Below the pieces are notes generated by a model. That model searched no databases. It saw only the letters and a program-made list of their open reading frames with translations, and was not told where the DNA came from. The position numbers and the translations under genes were made by a program. Shown piece by piece: positions 8,952 to 18,700 of a stretch of DNA of 52,494 nucleotides. Numbering within the stretch: position 1 is the first letter of the stretch; each line of letters opens with the position of its first letter. Source of the DNA: Candidatus Uhrbacteria bacterium. Lineage in GTDB: Bacteria; Patescibacteriota; Patescibacteriia; UBA9934; GWF2-40-263. The stretch lies in contig JACQSF010000003.1 of NCBI GenBank assembly GCA_016206085.1, forward strand, positions 1 through 52,494. Direction: 5' to 3'.

Positions 8952-9919
8952 AGGGCAGAGATTTTTACTTGTCGTTTCTTGAGCGTTGAGGGCCACGTTT
9001 TGAGAATGCCGTTCTTGGCGCCGTACTTCAAAATGACAGATTCCGCGTTGATCATGCCCACACGTAGAGCCTCTATCAAATCCTGTGTCTTGATGAGCCC
9101 TGCAACAAACCCCGAACCAAACGCATCACCTGCGCCAGTGCGAGATACAGACTTCACGCCTGTGGTTGCGGCATGTGCCATCCAGCCGTCACGATAGACG
9201 GTCGCGCCATTGGTTCCGTCGGTGATGAGTCGGACAAGGCCGTCGGTATGAACGAGTTTAAAAATGTCCACGAGCTTTTTCTTTCCTGTGAGGAACATCG
9301 CTTCTTCTAAGTTCATGTTGAGTACGTCGACCATGGGGAGCAGGGGAGCAAACGTCTTGAGCCCGCTCTCGAGTTCTTTGTGACCTGGATTCCAAGCGAC
9401 CTTCACACCGGCTTTGTGGGCTGTGATGATGATTTTTTTCGCGAGTCCAAGGTTTCCACCCAGGCTTGTGAGATAGATCCAGTTCGTATTTTTGATGGCT
9501 GTCTCGGGCACGTCTGCCGTGATAAATTTCGAGCTCGTGCCACGATAGACCAGTACGGTGCGCTCGCCGTCCTTCATGGTAAGGATCGTTGAGTACGCCG
9601 TCTCCCCATTTTTTATCTGTCTCACGAGGTGCGTGGAAACACCAAAGCGCGAGAGGTCTTCTACGACGTCTTTGCCAGGAGAGTCATCACCCACGCGGCA
9701 GATTATCGCGGTTCGAAATCCTAATCGACCAAAGGTCGCAGCCGCATTTGTTGCTCCTCCTCCCGTTGTGAGCACTAACTCGCTCACTTCGATTTTTGAG
9801 CCAAGGGCGACGCACTCGCCCGCGCCCGTGGCAAACTTTTTCGATTTGATCGCGACGAAGGCGTTGGAAACCAAGAACACGTCCCGCGTCGCTGCACCGA
9901 TAGTAATGATGTCGTACAT
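8948..9919 (-). CDS. PfkB family carbohydrate kinase
   Basis: GGGATNAA and TGAGDAFGSG signatures. Confidence 0.92.
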   Translation of the reverse strand: MYDIITIGAATRDVFLVSNAFVAIKSKKFATGAGECVALGSKIEVSELVLTTGGGATNAAATFGRLGFRTAIICRVGDDSPGKDVVEDLSRFGVSTHLVRQIKNGETAYSTILTMKDGERTVLVYRGTSSKFITADVPETAIKNTNWIYLTSLGGNLGLAKKIIITAHKAGVKVAWNPGHKELESGLKTFAPLLPMVDVLNMNLEEAMFLTGKKKLVDIFKLVHTDGLVRLITDGTNGATVYRDGWMAHAATTGVKSVSRTGAGDAFGSGFVAGLIKTQDLIEALRVGMINAESVILKYGAKNGILKTWPSTLKKRQVKISAL

Positions 9920-9920
9920 A

Positions 9921-10844
9921 TTAAGCTTTGTTGGATGAACCAAGTGTTTTCATTTTGTGTCTCACCACCTTCGTCATCAGTTCCTTGGCCGGTTTTAAAA
10001 TTTCACGCGGGTCGATGACCTCGGGGCGTTCTTTGAGGAATTTGCGGATGCCGGCGTCGAAGGCAAGGCGCAGATCCGTATCGACGTTCACCTTGCGCAC
10101 GCCCAGGGTCACGGCTTTTTTAACCGCCGTATCTGACACACCCTTTGCGCTTGAAATCTCACAGCCATACTGAGTGCAGATGCGCTTGATGTTTGCTGGG
10201 ACACCTGAGGCGCCATGGAGTACAAGTGGCACGTCGACCGCTTCAGCGATACGTTTTAGACGTCCGTAATCAAGTTTGGATTCGCCTTTGAATTTGTAGG
10301 CGCCGTGCTTTGTTCCAACCGCCACGGCAAGAGCGTCACATCCCACTGCCGCAACGAATTCGCGAGCTTGTTTTGGATCGGTAAGGTGTGCATCGCGATC
10401 TTCGACTGAGATAAAGTCCTCAATACCCGCGATGGCACCAAGTTCTGCCTCGACACTCATTTTTCTTTTGTGTGCCATTTCGACAATCCACTTTGTCTTC
10501 TTGATGTTTTCGTTAATAGGGAGAGAGGAGCCATCGTACATCACACTTGTGTACCAGCCGCTTTTGATCGCTTTCACAACAAGATCATCATTCTTTCCAT
10601 GATCGAGATGGAACACCACCGGGAGTTTGGTCTTGCGCGCGGCAATGTGCGCGAGGCTTGCAAGTTCTTCCATGCCGGCGTATTCGATCGCGCCCTCTGA
10701 GGTAGATAAAATAACAGGTGAGCGCTCAAGCTCTGCCGCCTCCATGATCGCCTGAAGCGTCTCGAGGTTATTGATGTTGAACGCGCCCACCGCGTATGTG
10801 CGGCGTTCGGCTTTGGCGAGGACATCGTTGAGAGTGACGAGCAT
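9921..10844 (-). CDS. fba: Class II fructose-bisphosphate aldolase
   Basis: HLDHG, EAELG, GTKHGAYK, LVLHGAS, KVNVDTD. Confidence 0.95.
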   Translation of the reverse strand: MLVTLNDVLAKAERRTYAVGAFNINNLETLQAIMEAAELERSPVILSTSEGAIEYAGMEELASLAHIAARKTKLPVVFHLDHGKNDDLVVKAIKSGWYTSVMYDGSSLPINENIKKTKWIVEMAHKRKMSVEAELGAIAGIEDFISVEDRDAHLTDPKQAREFVAAVGCDALAVAVGTKHGAYKFKGESKLDYGRLKRIAEAVDVPLVLHGASGVPANIKRICTQYGCEISSAKGVSDTAVKKAVTLGVRKVNVDTDLRLAFDAGIRKFLKERPEVIDPREILKPAKELMTKVVRHKMKTLGSSNKA

Positions 10845-10845
10845 A

Positions 10846-11817
10846 CTAAACGGTTTTTACGTTGAAGGTTGGTCTTGCTTTCAATCGTTTACGGATTTCG
10901 GTGGCGCTCAGAAGTCCCTTAGTCGGACCCACATGTCCCACGACCGAGGAGGAATTGATTGCTCCCCAACGTAATGCGTCCGAGCATGATTCGCCATGGA
11001 TAAGCCCTCCAAGATACCCGCTTGCAAACGAGTCTCCTGCTCCCGTAGCCTCCACAAGGTGACCTGGAAAGATGGGACAGAATCGAAGTTCGTGTCCACC
11101 GTATTCGTACGCTCCATTTTTTCCGTCTGTGATGATGACGTGTTTGGGGCCGTATTTATAGAGCGCGCCAGCAAGCTTATGCACCTCGTTGGATTTTTCT
11201 CCAGAAAGAATTTGTGCTTCCTCACGGTTCACAAAAAGGACTTCGAGACGCGGGAGGAGGAAGTAAAGAGATTTCTTTCGTTGTTCGACTTGGATACTTC
11301 CTGGGTTCATAGCAATGAGGACACCATCTTTTTTTGCATAGTCGGTTACTTGCCTATACACCTTTTCATATCCTTCTCCCATCTCGCCTACATAAAGCCA
11401 GGTTGGTTTTGGGAATCGGGTTGGCAGGTGATATTCGTGTGTGATATGGCCTGTGAGGATGGTTTTCTCACCTTTGTAATTGAGTACCACCGAGTACGTG
11501 CTCCTCTCGTGTTTTACAATTTCAATAAACGAAGTGTTCACGCCCTCGCGTTTGAGGTGCTCGATGGCGAGCGGGCGTGTTGTGTCCTCCCCCATGACCG
11601 AGAGGATGGAAGTCTTTTTTTTCATGCGTGCCAGGCCGACCGCCACGTTGGGAGCAGAACCAGCAATCTGAGAGTCCACGATTTTTACGTCGATCTTTGC
11701 GCCGTAGTCCAAACAGAGCTTGCACTCAGGCATTTTAAGTTCACACGAAACGTTTGTTTCATCCAAGACCACGAAGGTGTCAAGCTTAATGTCGCCGATG
11801 GTGATAAGGTCATACAT
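10846..11817 (-). CDS. PfkB family carbohydrate kinase
   Basis: AGSAPNVA and TGAGDSFASG signatures. Confidence 0.92.
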   Translation of the reverse strand: MYDLITIGDIKLDTFVVLDETNVSCELKMPECKLCLDYGAKIDVKIVDSQIAGSAPNVAVGLARMKKKTSILSVMGEDTTRPLAIEHLKREGVNTSFIEIVKHERSTYSVVLNYKGEKTILTGHITHEYHLPTRFPKPTWLYVGEMGEGYEKVYRQVTDYAKKDGVLIAMNPGSIQVEQRKKSLYFLLPRLEVLFVNREEAQILSGEKSNEVHKLAGALYKYGPKHVIITDGKNGAYEYGGHELRFCPIFPGHLVEATGAGDSFASGYLGGLIHGESCSDALRWGAINSSSVVGHVGPTKGLLSATEIRKRLKARPTFNVKTV

Positions 11818-11927
11818 ACAAAGAATATGGTATCAAATGTTTGACGCTTCTGCGATTTTTTGGTATACTCTTTTTATAAAGACGTGGGAAAACCTCGTCT
11901 TTTTTACGAGTTATTAATCCTGTGTAT

Positions 11928-12830
11928 ATGTCAGAAATAGCATGTAAGGTTTGCGGGATGGAAGGACATCGGACGGGCGAATGTACACAGATCGAGCAGT
12001 CAGTCGAGCTGCCCAGGATGCTTACTCCAGAACGTCTTAAGGAAATTTTTTCTCTTGAGTCAGAAGTGCACGCGGATTTTGATCCGTTGCTTGCAGCGGT
12101 CAACCAGCGGCTTGGGTTGAATTTAGCAAAACGTCCGGATGGGTTCCATGTGACGATCATCGGGCCCGCGGAATTTGACGTGGTCAAGAAATTGGGGTCG
12201 GAGAAAATTTTGGAGCTTGAGAAACTGAACGAAGAAATTCAGCGCGGGGAGGGAGTGGTCGTGCGCGGCGTTGGATTCATCGACGGGGCAACGCTCAATG
12301 TCCGCGACGCGGACAAGACAAAACGCGCTGCGTTCATTGCGATCGACGTGCCTAAGCTGCAGGCATTCCGCGTGTCCATCGGCCTGCCTCCGAAGGACTT
12401 TCACATTACACTCGGATTCGAAACGGCCGACCTCCATATGCAGGTCGTCGGGACGAACGAAAAGGGAAAACCCATACTCGAGCCGGTCAAAAAGAAAGCC
12501 GATTCGCGTTTCGATGACCTGTTGACGTTGGTGGAGGTGAGCGGGATGAGTTTCGGATCCCTTTCGGGCGTCGCCAAGGAACAGCCGAAGGAAAAGCATC
12601 CAGAAGCGCGGGCTGTGGAACAGAAGCCCGCCATTGCGTATGATACAGAGGCTCTTCGGGGTCGCCTGGAAGGAATCGCGTCCCTCGGTTTCGATGATCT
12701 TCAGCGTCTCGTGGAAGCCGCGGCCTCGGGAGCAGAGGCACTCGCGCCCATTATGAAGGATCTCGGTGCGAAACTGAAAGCGGATACGCGTCTGGTACGC
12801 GACGCCCTTGCCCAAAGTGAGATTAAATAG
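11928..12830 (+). CDS. 2H-phosphoesterase-like protein with N-terminal CCHC zinc knuckle
   Basis: Two HxT motifs (FHVTII, FHITLG); CKVCGMEGHRTGEC. Confidence 0.65.
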   Translation: MSEIACKVCGMEGHRTGECTQIEQSVELPRMLTPERLKEIFSLESEVHADFDPLLAAVNQRLGLNLAKRPDGFHVTIIGPAEFDVVKKLGSEKILELEKLNEEIQRGEGVVVRGVGFIDGATLNVRDADKTKRAAFIAIDVPKLQAFRVSIGLPPKDFHITLGFETADLHMQVVGTNEKGKPILEPVKKKADSRFDDLLTLVEVSGMSFGSLSGVAKEQPKEKHPEARAVEQKPAIAYDTEALRGRLEGIASLGFDDLQRLVEAAASGAEALAPIMKDLGAKLKADTRLVRDALAQSEIK

Positions 12831-12862
12831 AATGGATCTCTTAAATAAATCTAAGAAACGAT

Positions 12863-13468
12863 ATGCCAGAGAAAATGACCAGAGAGCCACGGGAAAATTT
12901 ACAGATAGAATACATGAAGGTTCCCAAGGGGAGTGTCGGTGAACAAGCGGATTTCCTTTTGTCCAATATGGAGCGTAATCGCCGTTATTGCGAACGAAAG
13001 CTTCTTGAACTTTTTCCGTTGATTGAGAAGGCCTTGAATGATGCCCTGGCCGACCGCGCGAAGATGATTAAGGCGGCGGTAGAAAGTAGGATTCTTTATG
13101 ACTACTACGTGGAATTTGATAGATTGAGCGAGCGTCAGAGAACAAAGATCGGTGGGTTTAAAGGTTTCGTTAAGGCGCAATTTGAAAAGGAGACCGAATA
13201 TTCCTCTTATGAGCAACCACCTTTGTTGAGACGGCTTCTTTCCAGAGCCCAACGAACCTATTATGATGATCGAGGGACTGAAGCCAGGGACTTTGGAGAT
13301 CCACCGAGATTTCGTTCGCAGCGCGAAAATTATTTAAACAGTTTGAGTTTGGAGGAGAAAGCAGTAGCAGACGCCGCTGCACGTTCTACAAGGTACGCTC
13401 AGATTTTTCGTGAAATCGAGAAAAGGCTTGGTATCCAGGATGAGGATCGGGAAGATATGTCGAATTAG
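12863..13468 (+). CDS. Hypothetical protein
   Basis: 201-aa charged ORF filling the gap between genes; no motif recognised. Confidence 0.6.
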   Translation: MPEKMTREPRENLQIEYMKVPKGSVGEQADFLLSNMERNRRYCERKLLELFPLIEKALNDALADRAKMIKAAVESRILYDYYVEFDRLSERQRTKIGGFKGFVKAQFEKETEYSSYEQPPLLRRLLSRAQRTYYDDRGTEARDFGDPPRFRSQRENYLNSLSLEEKAVADAAARSTRYAQIFREIEKRLGIQDEDREDMSN

Positions 13469-13848
13469 GTGCTAATGCGTTGCGCGAGCTTGGCGAGGTC
13501 TGCGTGATCGCCTGGTTTGGCTAAGCGAGAATCAAGTTGGTGAGGTCCGGTGATTGGTACGAGGTGGATATGAACGTGGTCTACGCCAAACCCCTCAACG
13601 ACCGCACCGATGCGGGGAACCTTGAACACCTCTTTGAGTCGTGCGGCGACCATTTTACTGGCGGCGAGGAGTGACTGATAGCTTACATTGTCCATCTCAA
13701 AGAGTTCGGTGGCATGAGATTTGGGGATCATCATCGTATGACCAACGGCAACTGGGTTGATATCCAAAAATGCCAGGTGATTGTCATCCTCCCAGACCTT
13801 GTGACAGGGAATTTCACCCGCAATGATTTTGCAAAAGAGACAATCCAT
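13465..13848 (-). CDS. HIT family protein
   Basis: MDCLFCKII start; HVHIH triad. Confidence 0.92.
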   Translation of the reverse strand: MDCLFCKIIAGEIPCHKVWEDDNHLAFLDINPVAVGHTMMIPKSHATELFEMDNVSYQSLLAASKMVAARLKEVFKVPRIGAVVEGFGVDHVHIHLVPITGPHQLDSRLAKPGDHADLAKLAQRIST

Positions 13849-13849
13849 A

Positions 13850-15001
13850 TTATTTTTTTCCACCCCACATTCTTGGCGTGCGCGAGAGTGCCTCGTCAAG
13901 AATCTGTTTTTGCATTTTGGAAAGCCGTTCCTGTGCGGCCGCGATGTGCACAGGGATCGCGGGGACGGGTTTGCCGAGCTTGCGCTGGAGCACGCGGTCG
14001 GCTGCCAGGGCGATGAAGGGAGCTGTGAGACCAAAACCTTCCTGAATCTCTCGAGGATTTCCAGATTCACCGAACCGGTCAGGCACACCGATTCGTTCTA
14101 TTGGGACAGGAACGGTGAGAGTGATCGTCTCGGCGACAACACCTGCCAGTCCACCTGCGACCTGGGCTTCTTCAACCGTTACGATCGCTCCGGTTTGTTT
14201 GGCTGCTGAGACGATCGCACGGATATCGACAGGTTTGATCGTGTGCATATTTACGACACGGCATTCGATCCCATGGTCTTTGGAAAGCATTTCCGCCGCG
14301 ACTAGTGCCTCGTATAAAAGAGGACCAGCACCGATAATAGTGAGATCATTTCCATGGCGATAGATTTCTGCGCGACCGACTTTGAATGGTGTTTTTTGAG
14401 TCGTAAATACAGGTGACTTTTCACGCGCAAAACGCAGGTAGCATGGGCCAGTCAGTTTGGCTGCGGCAAGAGTCATTTTGCGTGTTTCGATGGCGTCACA
14501 GGGTACGAACACGCGCATATTTGGCATCACTCGCATGATCGCGATGTCCTCGACCATTTGGTGGGTCGCGCCATCGGGACCCACCGACACTCCCGCATGA
14601 GCTCCAGCGATATTGACATTCGTGTTATTGAGCGCGACGGTCGTGCGGATCTGTTCCCAGTTTCGTCCTGGAGAGAAACAGGCATAGCTCGAAATAAACG
14701 GCACCTTGCCCGCCATGGCCATTCCGGCCGCGATCGACGCCATGGACTGTTCTGAAACGCCCATCTGCACAAATCGATCTGGGTACGCTTCTTTGAAAGC
14801 AAGCGAGCGCGTCGATTCTGTTAGATCGGCGCACAGAACAACGATATTTTTGTCGTCCTTGCCCGCTTCAACTAGCCCATCTCCATAGCCGTTGCGTGTG
14901 GGGATTTGTTTGAGTTTCTTGTCGTCAAACAGATCGCGCACTAAATATGCTTCGCGGTTGAGGCCTGGTTTAGGTTGCTTTACACGATTTGACGTATGCA
15001 T
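13850..15001 (-). CDS. Transketolase, C-terminal subunit
   Basis: GVSEQ, GPDGATHQ, YLRFAR, TVEEA. Confidence 0.93.
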   Translation of the reverse strand: MHTSNRVKQPKPGLNREAYLVRDLFDDKKLKQIPTRNGYGDGLVEAGKDDKNIVVLCADLTESTRSLAFKEAYPDRFVQMGVSEQSMASIAAGMAMAGKVPFISSYACFSPGRNWEQIRTTVALNNTNVNIAGAHAGVSVGPDGATHQMVEDIAIMRVMPNMRVFVPCDAIETRKMTLAAAKLTGPCYLRFAREKSPVFTTQKTPFKVGRAEIYRHGNDLTIIGAGPLLYEALVAAEMLSKDHGIECRVVNMHTIKPVDIRAIVSAAKQTGAIVTVEEAQVAGGLAGVVAETITLTVPVPIERIGVPDRFGESGNPREIQEGFGLTAPFIALAADRVLQRKLGKPVPAIPVHIAAAQERLSKMQKQILDEALSRTPRMWGGKK

Positions 15002-15017
15002 AAAGACATGATATTTT
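14989..15017 (+). promoter_or_regulatory. Sigma70-type promoter for NYN-antisense sRNA 1
   Basis: TTGACG-17 nt-TATTTT with extended TG. Confidence 0.65.
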
Positions 15018-15023
15018 ACTTAT

Positions 15024-15079
15024 ATCACCACGAAGAAGACCCCTGTGCGGTTCCGTCCGCATCGGGGGCTTTTTCTTTT
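15024..15079 (+). ncRNA. Candidate small RNA antisense to the NYN gene 3' end (copy 1)
   Basis: ATCACCACGAA leader, long hairpin and U tract; covaries with the copy at 37795-37851. Confidence 0.7.
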
Positions 15080-15576
15080 CGGAACTCTAGCAGTGGTCGC
15101 AAACGCGACTGACCAAGGTAGGTGATAGGAGCATTGGATCGCTTTAGTAAAATAGAGCACTTTTTTTCTTGTGCTGGAGAAACAATCATCTCAAGAGCCT
15201 TATGGCTATGGAGCATTTTAACGAGTCCGGCATAATCACCATCACTCGTAACAACGACTGCCTTTTGAAATGCTTTATGGAAGAAATCTATCGTTGCTTG
15301 TAAGACAAGGTCGGCATCACAGTTTCCTTTTGGTTTTCCATCTCGATCGAAGACTACTTCTTTAAAGACCAAAATAAATCCAACCTCTTGAAGAGATTGA
15401 TAGAGCATTCGATGTTTTGGAATCATTCCAAGAAAGAGATAGGCATTTTTTACACTGTGTTTTTCTCGTAACCAGATTCGAAAACGTCGATAATCAAGAA
15501 TCCAACCTTGAGATTGAATTCCACGGTGCAAGTTTGCTCCGTCAATGTATGCGTTGTTTCGCTGTTCTTTCTGCAC
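15025..15576 (-). CDS. NYN domain (LabA/DUF88, PIN-like) ribonuclease
   Basis: YIDGANL, KGNCDADL, TSDGDY acidic catalytic motifs. Confidence 0.9.
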   Translation of the reverse strand: MQKEQRNNAYIDGANLHRGIQSQGWILDYRRFRIWLREKHSVKNAYLFLGMIPKHRMLYQSLQEVGFILVFKEVVFDRDGKPKGNCDADLVLQATIDFFHKAFQKAVVVTSDGDYAGLVKMLHSHKALEMIVSPAQEKKCSILLKRSNAPITYLGQSRLRPLLEFRKEKAPDADGTAQGSSSW

Positions 15577-15721
15577 AGATTACTTTTTTAGTTTCATGAT
15601 TTCTTTCTATCCAAGCCATGCTTCACGGTTGATGCCAGTCTTTTGCTGTGAATTTGTCATATCGATCAAAATCATACCAGATTTTTTGCTTTGCTGCAGT
15701 TTTGAGCTAAACTGTGCCTGT

Positions 15722-18700
15722 ATGTTACCCGAACGAACAAGAGGAGAAGAACCAGGAGTGGAATATGAGCTAGCGCGTGAGCGGGAACGTGGTCCAATCC
15801 AGGCGGTTGAATCTTTGCGAAAAGATACTCAACGCATGATCAGATTACATGCGCTCTGGGATAAATTTGCTCAGCCACCGGAATCTCCACTATCAGACAT
15901 TACAACCTCGACTCTTGTTGAGAGAGACATACAAGATGCCATGGAACTTCTTCGGGCACCGGAAGTCCGTCTGAAAGAATTTTCACTTCTGGTTATCGAT
16001 AGGCTCGTGTCCTTTTTTTCTGCAGAGGGGAGTCTTCAAATTTTTCTTACTGAAGTCGTACGGGTTACTCAGGATTATTTCTTTCATTTCTCGACTGTAT
16101 CCGGGATTCGTCAACGACTACGCACGCTTATGCACACTCTCCCGGTGGATGACAGACGTTTTTTTCAAGATGGATTTATTCCAACAAAGGGTGATCCATT
16201 CGGGGTCTTGGATCCTGATGTCCGAGACGAGACGCTGTTGCGTATTGTGGAACTTCCCGCTGGTGTAAAACGACTAAACGCGGTTTTGTCTTTCTTGACT
16301 ATTGATGCAAACGCCTGCCTCCAGCAAATCGATCGGTTTGAACTGACAAATCAAGACCGCGAAACGGTATTTCGTGCTGTCGCGGTGCACTCGCCAGATG
16401 TGCTTCCACCGTATCTTCCTTTTTTGGCTGAGCAAGATCCTCATTTGGCACGGGATCTCCTTTCCCAGGTTGTTGAGCATAGTTTCGTGGTTGGTGTCGA
16501 TGCCATAACCCGATTCCCGTTAACACACGCGCAACGTGGAAAGGTTGAATCTCAACTCATTGCCTCGCATCCGCGGGATTTTTTTCTGCATTTTGAGGAG
16601 CTTTCTCAATTTCTTACATCCCTTTCCGTACCCAAGGCTCTTGAGATAGCTTTATCGCACCTTGAGTCCAACCTTCCGGAGGATCCGGTGGAGCGTCTTC
16701 ATATTCTTGATAGTTTGACGCAAGACGATACTGGTTTTACTGATGAGATCACACCAATAATCCGCCGTGCACTTGGCGAAGCACTCAAGGAGTTAACCCC
16801 TGTGCTTGAGGAACTTCGTCGTGACATCGCCCAGATGCGACAGGTGCCGAAAGATCAAGTGTCCTGGTCTTTTGATCTTTTGGATACACTCTCTTGGGAA
16901 TTAAAAACAGAGGATCAGGAGAACGCGCGCATCCGTCAGGCGCAACAACGATTGGGATCTTCCCGTGTGAGACCGCTCCTTTTATCGGCATTCGCTGTAT
17001 CTGTTGGCGAATCTCCCATGGGGTTTGGAAGTAAGGATAGGCCTTTGTCTTTGGCTCAGCGAAGGGTGATCCTTGAGGAGGCGTTGGAAGCCGGCCAAGT
17101 GAACGGTCCCCCACCTGATGAGCAAGCAGAATGGACAGGGTGGGGTGAATTTGCCTACCAACCACGGTCGTCACAAGAGGCCAAAAATATGCGGGTTCTG
17201 CTTGATCGTCTTGTTCAGGTCTCACCAACGGATTTTGTTATTGCCTGGGCATCGCAAAAGGGAGAAATTGCTCGCGCCTATAAACCAATCCTTCTGACGG
17301 TTGCTCAAGAACATCTTGAAAACGCATTGCATTTTATCGATGTATCTGGTCAGGCGATCGTTTTTGCCAACATGGATCTCAAAACAACCAAGTGGTTGGT
17401 TGATAAAGTGTTTGGATCCAACACGCTCACTAGCTTCCATATACCCCACATTCCTCAAAATGTACGTCCATTGTTGCGTCCGTATATTGAGCGTTATCGT
17501 AAACAAGAAGAAATGCCGTATGCGGCATTTCCAGACGTTGCAACGGCCTTGTACGCGTTTGATGTCAGTCCCACATTTGCCAGTCAGATTGCGAATCTTC
17601 CAGAGTCCGAACGCCTCTTAAGAATAGAGGAGTTTTCGGCACTGATGAACGCACATCCTAAGCGGGGGATCCGGGCTCTTCAATCGTTGGGACTCAAAGA
17701 CGAATACACATTGCGTCGGGGAATATTGCGTACGATTGGAATGTTGTTAGACAGATTTCCCGACGCGTTTCTTGATCCCAAGCCTGAAGCACCCGTGCAA
17801 CCTCAGCGTTCTGGAGGGACGTCTTTTGATGAGAAATGGCACCGAATGTTGATGTTTATTCCTTTTTGTCCCCCTGAGCGTTTTGGGGAATTAGTAGGCG
17901 AGTGGGAGCCATGGCTGAAACGTCAACAGCAAAGAAGAGAGACATGGGGAGGAAAATATTTTTCAGATTTTTTCTTAATGGCTTTTCGATTACACAAAAA
18001 ACCACAGGAGGCAGTGGATGCGTTCTCGTTTTTTCTTGACCCTGGATCACCAGTAATAGTAAAACCGTATGAGCTTGCCCATGCGGTATCCATCGAGGAG
18101 TTGTTTGCGCTCACGAAGACCCATGGTGATGAAATGGGGGAATTATTAGGTAATCCGGATACGCGTGGTCGGATCATTCAATATCTCAAAGAGTCGGAAC
18201 ATCCCAAAGCGACATGGGAAATGATCAGGCGATTTGCTGACTCGTATCGGAGCATGATCCCGGAAGCAGACAGACGCGCAAAGATTACGAGCGAGTTGGT
18301 ATTAAAAGGAAATAGAACGCGCCTTTCTGGATCGATCCGTTATGCAACCGTTGGTTCGCAAGTACTCCCCGTGACGCATGTGGGTGTACGTGAAGCTTTT
18401 GTACATCCTCAGGTGACGGATGGGCGATTGGAGCTTACCTCGCTGACAAAGGTAGAACTTGAACGAGTGGTACGCGATCGATTGCAACGTGTGTTTACTC
18501 CTGACATCAATTCTTGCTTGGGGGCAGATGCACACAATCGGGATATCGCACGTCAGGTTAAAGAAGGCGGGTGGCAAGTTCCGGCTGGAACACTCATCCA
18601 TTATACGAGTCCGGCCGTGTTGCCCGCGATTCTCGCGGAAGGAAACTGTTGCGGTGAAACGATTGGGATTCAAAGCCGTGCGGATTCCTTTCCGTTGTTT

